Source of the DNA: Ruminiclostridium sp.
GTDB lineage: Bacteria; Bacillota; Clostridia; Oscillospirales; Ruminococcaceae
NCBI GenBank assembly: GCA_017635675.1
Contig: JAGBLA010000203.1
Span: forward strand, 20,842 to 84,841
DNA: 64,000 nt
Direction of reading: 5' to 3'
Shown here: piece after piece, positions 58,009 to 64,000 of the stretch
How the letters are laid out: every line of letters begins with the position of its first letter
Position numbering within the stretch: position 1 is the first letter of the stretch
The notes under the pieces: generated by a model
What the model was told of the DNA's origin: nothing
Seen by the model: only the letters and a program-made list of their open reading frames with translations
Databases searched by the model: none
Made by a program: the position numbers and the translations under genes

Positions 58009-59144
58009 ATGATGTCATTCAACAAGCACGATATAAGACGAAACGCGTTCATGCTCACGGGAGCGTTCGCGTATGAAGGCTATGACTGGTGGTGGCACTC
58101 CTTCACGGGAGTGAGCGACCGCACAGGCGAGGAAAAACAGTTCTTCATCGAGTTTTTCACCTGTAATCCCGCGCTCGGCGAGGACAAGCCCATACTCGGG
58201 CAGTCGCCCGAAAACAAGGAGCACAACAAGCGCCCGTCATATCTTATGGTGAAAGCGGGCTGCTGGGGCGAGGGAAAATGCCAGCTCCACCGTTTCTTCC
58301 CGTGGAGCGAAGTGAGCATAGCGAACACCGTGCCGTTCAGAGTGAGCGCGGCGGACTGCGTATGCTCCGAAACGCTGCTGCAGGGCAGTGTCACCGTCAC
58401 GGCGGAGCAGGCGGACGACCCGGGATATATGTGCGATAAGGGCAGCATGGAATGGTCGCTCAGCATCGACAAGCAGATACCGTTCAATGTGGGCTACGGC
58501 GCGAGCGCTCCCATGCGCAGAGCCGAGGCGTTTGAGATGTACTGGCACGCCGAGGGCATGAAATCGCAGTACAGCGGTCATGTCACGATAAACGGCGAGC
58601 GTTATACCGTGATACCCGAGCGCTCTTTCGGCTACGCGGACAAGAACTGGGGCAGGGATTTCACAAGTCCCTGGGTATGGCTGTCGTCGTGCAGCCTTAC
58701 GAGCCTTCGCACGGGAAAGCGCCTGGAAAACAGCGTGTTCGACATTGGCGCGGCAGACCTAAAGTGTATTTCCTGCCTCTGAACAGAAAACTGCTGGGCG
58801 CGTTCATGTACGAGGGTACGCCCTACGAATTCAACTTCTCAAAGCCCCGCACGAACACCCGCACGGTATTCCGCTCAAAGGAGACCGATGACGAGATATT
58901 CTGGTATGTGATGCAGGAGAACCTTACATCGGTCATGGTCACGCGTGTGCGCTGCAAAAAGCGTGATATGCTGCTCGTGAACTATGAAGCGCCCGACGGC
59001 TCAAAGCGCCACAACAGGCTTTGGAACGGCGGTAACGGCGTAGGGCTTATACGGCTTTACCGTAAGTCCGTATCGGGCAGACGCACCCTCGTGGACGAGA
59101 TACTCGCAGACCACATAGGCTGCGAATACGGCGAATACTGCTGA
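58009..59144 (+). pseudogene. Tocopherol-cyclase-family protein split by a 1-nt frameshift at about 58750 (pseudogene or assembly error)
   Basis: GYDWWWHSF, YADKNWGRDF. ORF 57994-58782 switches frame at DIG and ORF 58677-59144 continues GRPKV; adding one G in GGCGCGGC restores DIGGGRPKV. Confidence 0.72.
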
Positions 59145-59182
59145 AAACTGCCCGCGGGAGCTGACTTTTATTCAAAAATGCC

Positions 59183-59211
59183 TTGCAAAAGCAGACAGAA
59201 AGTTGTATAAT
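59183..59211 (+). promoter_or_regulatory. sigmaA promoter
   Basis: TTGCAA-17 nt-TATAAT. Confidence 0.65.
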
Positions 59212-59246
59212 AATTATATATTTCCTGCTTAAAAGGAGGACACAAG

Positions 59247-60989
59247 ATGAGCGACGAGAACCGCAGAGAAATCGGAGCCGACGAAAACTATATCCCCACG
59301 GGACTTCCAGGAGGATTTTTCATCTACAACGCGGGGGATACCGATGAGATACTCTTTGCCGAGGAAAACGTCATAAAGCTGTTCGGCTGCGATACTATGG
59401 CGGAGTTCCGCGAATACACCGGCAACAGCTTCAAGGGCATGGTCTATCCCGAGGACTACGACAAGATACAAAATGAGATACAGGCGCAGACAATGACCGT
59501 CGAAAAGCGCCATGACTATGTGCGATACCGCATATTATCAAAGACCGGCGAGCTGCGCTATATCGAAGATTTCGGTCATCTGCTCCACGGCGAGCACGGC
59601 ACGAGCTACTTCTACGTATTCATCGTGGATATCGACAAGAACGAGTATCTGAACCGCAGCCGCAACAGCTACGCCGAGACCCAGATATTCTCCATGAACC
59701 AGAATACCGACCGCCTTACCGGGCTTTACAACATGGCAAGCTTCTACCAGAAAGTCCAGGAGCTTATCTCCGACCGGGAAAAACGCAGTCAGGGCAAATT
59801 CACGTTCGTTCACTTCGATATCGCGAATTTCAAGATTTTCAACGACCGCTACGGTTTCCAGCGCGGCGACGACCTGCTGTGCCGCGTGGCGGTAACACTT
59901 CGCAAGATATTCGGAGACACGAGCATCATCGCCCGTTTCTCAAACGACCATTTCGTTATATGCACCGCAGCGTCGAATGTTACAGACCTCGTTTCCGAAG
60001 CGCATAACACTACCCTCTCCATAATCGAGGGGACCCGTGTAGAGATGCGTGCGGGTATCTATGAGCTTGAGGACACCTGCACCGAGGTAGGACTTGCCTG
60101 CGACCATGCGAGACTTGCCTGCAACACCGTAAAGCACCGCTATGACATCATTTACAGCATATATGACGTAAAGCTGTATGAAAAGCTCCGCAAGCAGCAG
60201 TATGTGGTGGATTACGTTGACGACGCTATCGAAAAGGAGTACATACAGGTGTACTACCAGCCCGTTATCCGCGTCGCCACAGGCGAGATATGCGGATATG
60301 AGGCTCTCGCAAGGTGGATAGACCCCAAGTTCGGGTTCCTCTCCCCTGCCGACTTCATTGAGACCCTCGAAAAGTTCCACCTTATCCACAAGATAGACAG
60401 CTTTATCGTCAAGAAGGTCTGCGAGGATTACTGCAGGCTCCGCGACATGGGCGAGCCGCTCGTCCCCGTATCCATAAACCTTTCGCGGCTCGACTTTGAG
60501 CTGTGCAATATCGTTGACGTGGTGGAGAACTACCGAAGGCTGTACGGCGTTCCGCGCAATATGCTTGACATAGAGATAACCGAGAGCGCCCTCAACTCAA
60601 GGTCAGACCACCTCAAGAACGAGTGTAAGCGGTTCCGCAGCTCGGGCTATCAGATATGGATAGACGACTTCGGCAGCGGTTATTCATCGCTGAACACGCT
60701 TATGGAATACGACTTCGATGTCCTGAAGCTTGATATGGAGTTCCTGCGCACCTACGACAAGAACCCCCGCACCGGAAACCTGCTCAACTACATAGTTTAC
60801 GCGGCGGTGGAAATGGGCGTAAAGCCGCTCACCGAGGGCGTTGAGACCCGGGAACACTACGAATTTCTCAAAGAGATAGGCTGCGACAGAGCCCAGGGTT
60901 ATTTCTTCGGAAAGCCCATGACTATGGCGGAAACAAGACAGTTCACCAGGGATAAGGGGCTTAAATGGGAGACTGTCGTTGACAGATAA
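59247..60989 (+). CDS. PAS-GGDEF(degenerate)-EAL protein, probable c-di-GMP phosphodiesterase
   Basis: PAS VYPED; DRLTGL; GGDEF position reads SNDHF; intact YEALARW, EITES, DDFGSGYSS, TEGVE, QGYFF. Confidence 0.88.
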   Translation: MSDENRREIGADENYIPTGLPGGFFIYNAGDTDEILFAEENVIKLFGCDTMAEFREYTGNSFKGMVYPEDYDKIQNEIQAQTMTVEKRHDYVRYRILSKTGELRYIEDFGHLLHGEHGTSYFYVFIVDIDKNEYLNRSRNSYAETQIFSMNQNTDRLTGLYNMASFYQKVQELISDREKRSQGKFTFVHFDIANFKIFNDRYGFQRGDDLLCRVAVTLRKIFGDTSIIARFSNDHFVICTAASNVTDLVSEAHNTTLSIIEGTRVEMRAGIYELEDTCTEVGLACDHARLACNTVKHRYDIIYSIYDVKLYEKLRKQQYVVDYVDDAIEKEYIQVYYQPVIRVATGEICGYEALARWIDPKFGFLSPADFIETLEKFHLIHKIDSFIVKKVCEDYCRLRDMGEPLVPVSINLSRLDFELCNIVDVVENYRRLYGVPRNMLDIEITESALNSRSDHLKNECKRFRSSGYQIWIDDFGSGYSSLNTLMEYDFDVLKLDMEFLRTYDKNPRTGNLLNYIVYAAVEMGVKPLTEGVETREHYEFLKEIGCDRAQGYFFGKPMTMAETRQFTRDKGLKWETVVDR

Positions 60990-61004
60990 GGAGTGACTGT
61001 CCGT

Positions 61005-62333
61005 ATGATACGGAAACTTCGCAAAAGCTTTATCGTAACGGCTATGATATCGGTCATAGCCGTTCTTGCTGTTATAGTGTGCGCTATGAACGCGCTGAAT
61101 TTCATAAATACCGACAATGAGGCGGACACGCTTATCGAGCTGCTTGCCGAAAACGGCGGGAGCTTCCCGGACTTTCGCGGGAACGGCATGAACGGTCAGG
61201 GCATACAGCCCGACGACAGGGCTGTACCGCCCGAGGATATGGGAGAGCTGCCCGAGGACATAGACGTTCAGCGCCGCGGTATGTTCTCGCCCGACAGGCG
61301 GTTCGGTGACCGCATGGTCATGACAGCGGAAACACCGTATGAGACCCGGTTTTTCACCGTCACACTTGACAGCTCCGGCTCGCCCGTCACCTCGGATACC
61401 ACACGCATAGCGGCTGTGGGAACGCAGGACGCTCTCGAAATGGCACAGCGGCTTTACGCCTCGGGAGCGGTGAGGGGCTATGAGGGAACGCTCAAATATC
61501 TTATACAGCGCGGTGAGGACAGCACGCTGTGCATATTCCTTGACCGCTCGCGGGCGCTGCTATCGGTGAAGGATTTCATGATAAGCTCGCTTCTGGTATC
61601 GCTTGCGGCAGTGATAGGCATAGCCGTGCTGGTGTTCATCTTCTCGGGAGCGGCGATAAAGCCTGTGGCGGAAAGCTATGAAAAGCAGAAGAAATTCATA
61701 ACCGACGCGGGACATGAGATAAAGACCCCGCTCACCGTGATAACCACCTGCACCGAGGTCATCGAAGCCGAGCAGGGCGAAAGCAAGTGGACGACGGGTA
61801 TCAGAGCTCAGACCGAGCGGCTGACGGAGCTCACCAAGGACCTCATCGCCCTTGCGCGAATGGACGAGGGCGGCACCCGTCCCGAGCGTGAGGACTTCTC
61901 ACTGTCGGAGACGCTGACGGAGATACTCGACCCGTTCATGATGATATCCGAACACCGTGACGTAACGTTCACTGCGGACATTCAGCCCGACATCATATTT
62001 AACGGCGACAGGCGGCTGATAGCCAAGCTTTGCTCGATACTCGCGGACAACGCGGTAAAGTACACTCCCGACGGCGGGAGCATAGCGTTCACGCTGTCAC
62101 GCAAGGGCAAGCGGATAACGCTCGTTTCCGAGAACACATCGGAGCCCATGGAAAAAGGCGCTCACCCGGAGCTTTTCGACCGTTTCCGCCGCGGCGACTC
62201 CTCCCACAGCAGCGACAAGCCGGGCTATGGCATAGGGCTGTCAATGGCACAGTCCGTCGTGCAAGCGCACGGCGGCAGGATAGAAGCGTTCAGCAAGGAC
62301 GGAAAAAGCCTTACCATTACGGTAAGGCTCTGA
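61005..62333 (+). CDS. Membrane sensor histidine kinase (no adjacent regulator)
   Basis: Two TMs; FITDAGHEIKTPL, DNAVKY, GYGIGLS. Confidence 0.9.
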   Translation: MIRKLRKSFIVTAMISVIAVLAVIVCAMNALNFINTDNEADTLIELLAENGGSFPDFRGNGMNGQGIQPDDRAVPPEDMGELPEDIDVQRRGMFSPDRRFGDRMVMTAETPYETRFFTVTLDSSGSPVTSDTTRIAAVGTQDALEMAQRLYASGAVRGYEGTLKYLIQRGEDSTLCIFLDRSRALLSVKDFMISSLLVSLAAVIGIAVLVFIFSGAAIKPVAESYEKQKKFITDAGHEIKTPLTVITTCTEVIEAEQGESKWTTGIRAQTERLTELTKDLIALARMDEGGTRPEREDFSLSETLTEILDPFMMISEHRDVTFTADIQPDIIFNGDRRLIAKLCSILADNAVKYTPDGGSIAFTLSRKGKRITLVSENTSEPMEKGAHPELFDRFRRGDSSHSSDKPGYGIGLSMAQSVVQAHGGRIEAFSKDGKSLTITVRL

Positions 62334-62335
62334 AT

Positions 62336-62373
62336 AAATATCCCCCGGAGATCTGACCTCCGGGGGATATTTT
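62336..62373. terminator. Bidirectional intrinsic terminator
   Basis: AAATATCCCCCGGAG...CTCCGGGGGATATTT between convergent genes. Confidence 0.85.
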
Positions 62374-63391
62374 ATGACCATAGCAGTATGACTGTTATCG
62401 CGAGAATTATCACGACAGATAGCAGAAATACAGGGTTCAGCAGTATCGCCGAAAGCTGCTTTTTCACGGGTATGCCGCTGTTGTTGTGCAGCCGCAGCAG
62501 CTTCAGCAGCACCACAGCAATTATAGCAGGGACTGCAATGAAGAGCATGACGGCTCTGAACGTTTCAAGAAAACCGCCGAGCGACGCAAAAAACGCATCG
62601 ACGGTCTCGCTGCCGAAGGTCTCGGGCAGATATACCGTTATCCCCGCTATGATGTTGTTTATCGTGTGGAATATTATCGGTATGATCACCGAGTCCGAGC
62701 GTATCGCGATGACCGCAAGGAAAAATCCGAAAGCAAAAGCGTACAGGAACTGGTCGAAGTTGAAATGCGAAAGCCCGAACAGAAGCGCGGTCACAACCGC
62801 TGCGGTGAAGTCGCCGTATTTTCTCAGCGGCAGCAGCAGTATCCTGCGGTAGATCAGCTCCTCGCAGACAGGTGCCACAATACAGGTGCTCACCTCGAAA
62901 GTAACGTACATCATCGTGTCCATGGGAAGCTGCGACGAGAACGCGGTATGCACCTGCGGCGTGCTGAACAGCGAGTTCAGCAGCTCCGACACATAGCTTG
63001 TGAGCATACCCATGCAGGACGCCGCGAACCACCCGGTTATATACAGTATCAGCGATTCACCGAAAAACCGCTTGTAGCCCTCGGCATTCGCAAATGTGGG
63101 TACGCCGCGCTCACGCTTTGCCTCGCCCGCGAACATGATCCCCGTTACCAGCAGCGGCAGCAGATAAGACGCAAGCTCGTTATATACCATGAAGAGCACA
63201 TAACCCGCGTCCGTCGTACTGTCCGCAAGCTCCGCCGCATTCGGCATGAATGACGCGGCGGCATACAGAACTGCCCCGAGTATCGGGACGAAGAACTGGC
63301 TGTTGAGTACCAGCAGCGCCGCCGCGATACCGTATTTATACCCGAGCCGCTTAAGCTCCGAGGTGTGCGTTTCCGTACCGTAAGACATCAT
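62372..63391 (-). CDS. CPBP/Abi (CAAX protease-like) intramembrane metalloprotease
   Basis: APVCEELIYR, FGLSH, HTINN. Confidence 0.88.
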   Translation of the reverse strand: MMSYGTETHTSELKRLGYKYGIAAALLVLNSQFFVPILGAVLYAAASFMPNAAELADSTTDAGYVLFMVYNELASYLLPLLVTGIMFAGEAKRERGVPTFANAEGYKRFFGESLILYITGWFAASCMGMLTSYVSELLNSLFSTPQVHTAFSSQLPMDTMMYVTFEVSTCIVAPVCEELIYRRILLLPLRKYGDFTAAVVTALLFGLSHFNFDQFLYAFAFGFFLAVIAIRSDSVIIPIIFHTINNIIAGITVYLPETFGSETVDAFFASLGGFLETFRAVMLFIAVPAIIAVVLLKLLRLHNNSGIPVKKQLSAILLNPVFLLSVVIILAITVILLWS

Positions 63392-64000
63392 GTACCTCCG
63401 AACAGCTTTGCTATAAGCTGCTCCGAAAACTTACCGTAAACATCGATTATCATTATCAGCGTTATCACCGAGGGTACCGTGAGAAGCAGCACACCAAGCT
63501 TCTTGCCGCCCGACACCTCGCTCCATACCTTTTTCGGCTTGTGACGCAGTATCTGGCGGAGCTTTAACACCGCCATTATAACTCCAACGAGAATAAGTAT
63601 CAGTATGCATACCACAAAGATACCGAATGCCGCCACCCACAGCATATCGCTTTCGGGTATCTCGGAGCTGTCGCCGTTAAGTATATATTTCTGCACGGGG
63701 TCGGTGCTCATAAGCAGCGTAAGGATACCCGCAAGTCCGTTCATTATCATGTGTATGACAGTGGTGGGAACGAGCGAGCCTGTAACATAGGCGATATAGC
63801 CCATAGCAATGCCCGCCGCGGCAGTATAGAAGCACTGCTGGAAGTTACCGTGGAACACGCCGAACATCACGCCCGACACGAATATGGCAAGTCCGCTCCC
63901 GTATGGTCTGAGCTCATTCAGCACCAGCCCGCGGAACATGAACTCCTCAAAAAGCGGTGCTATCACCACGAGCATGAAGAACATTCCCCAAGCGCTCACA
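63388..64000 (-). CDS. Second CPBP/Abi intramembrane metalloprotease (5' truncated by window)
   Basis: APLFEEFMFRG, FGVFH, HMIMN; ATGA overlap with the downstream paralog. Confidence 0.85.
   Translation of the reverse strand, partial: VSAWGMFFMLVVIAPLFEEFMFRGLVLNELRPYGSGLAIFVSGVMFGVFHGNFQQCFYTAAAGIAMGYIAYVTGSLVPTTVIHMIMNGLAGILTLLMSTDPVQKYILNGDSSEIPESDMLWVAAFGIFVVCILILILVGVIMAVLKLRQILRHKPKKVWSEVSGGKKLGVLLLTVPSVITLIMIIDVYGKFSEQLIAKLFGGT

Noticed and set aside
59700-60200. Active diguanylate cyclase in the PAS-GGDEF-EAL protein
   Set aside because: The GGDEF signature is replaced by SNDHF.
62372-64000. Bacteriocin locus implied by tandem CPBP/Abi genes
   Set aside because: No precursor peptide, modification or export genes are visible; tandem CPBP paralogs are common in this group.

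Overview
A 64-kb chromosomal window from a spore-forming Firmicute, most likely Oscillospiraceae/Ruminococcus-like (inferred from gene content: ispH-rpsA fusion, tepA-ylzJ-spoIIIE, type III glutamine synthetase, SPDTG-anchored surface proteins). Most of it is ordinary, GC-rich housekeeping and signalling DNA: glgA, gpsA, rodA/ftsW, hflX, ttcA, fba, cmk-plsC-ispH/rpsA, metA, uppP, ftsK, mfd, pth, paaK, GSIII, azlCD, three histidine kinases and an EAL protein. I see no rRNA, tRNA, CRISPR array, transposase or integrase. The standout is an AT-rich island at about 12.9-15.0 kb. It holds four paralogous 135-aa genes at an exact 493-bp period. The 85-bp spacers are nearly invariant and each encodes an unannotated 12-13-aa peptide (MPEVKETKSGNK-type); the larger proteins are divergent and mosaic. 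Other notable signals: a DHHW-DHHW-FkbH cluster with a DltC-like carrier protein (a possible Dlt-like glyceryl-transfer system), a degenerate CCA-adding-enzyme paralog, an MshEN-CheX/CheY pair, a solute-binding lipoprotein with a zinc-ribbon insert, an internal promoter and RBS in the ispH-rpsA fusion, an ANTAR-like attenuator before GSIII, a holin-endolysin-like pair at the left edge and a frameshifted tocopherol-cyclase-family gene. All family calls come from motif recognition by eye, not database searches.
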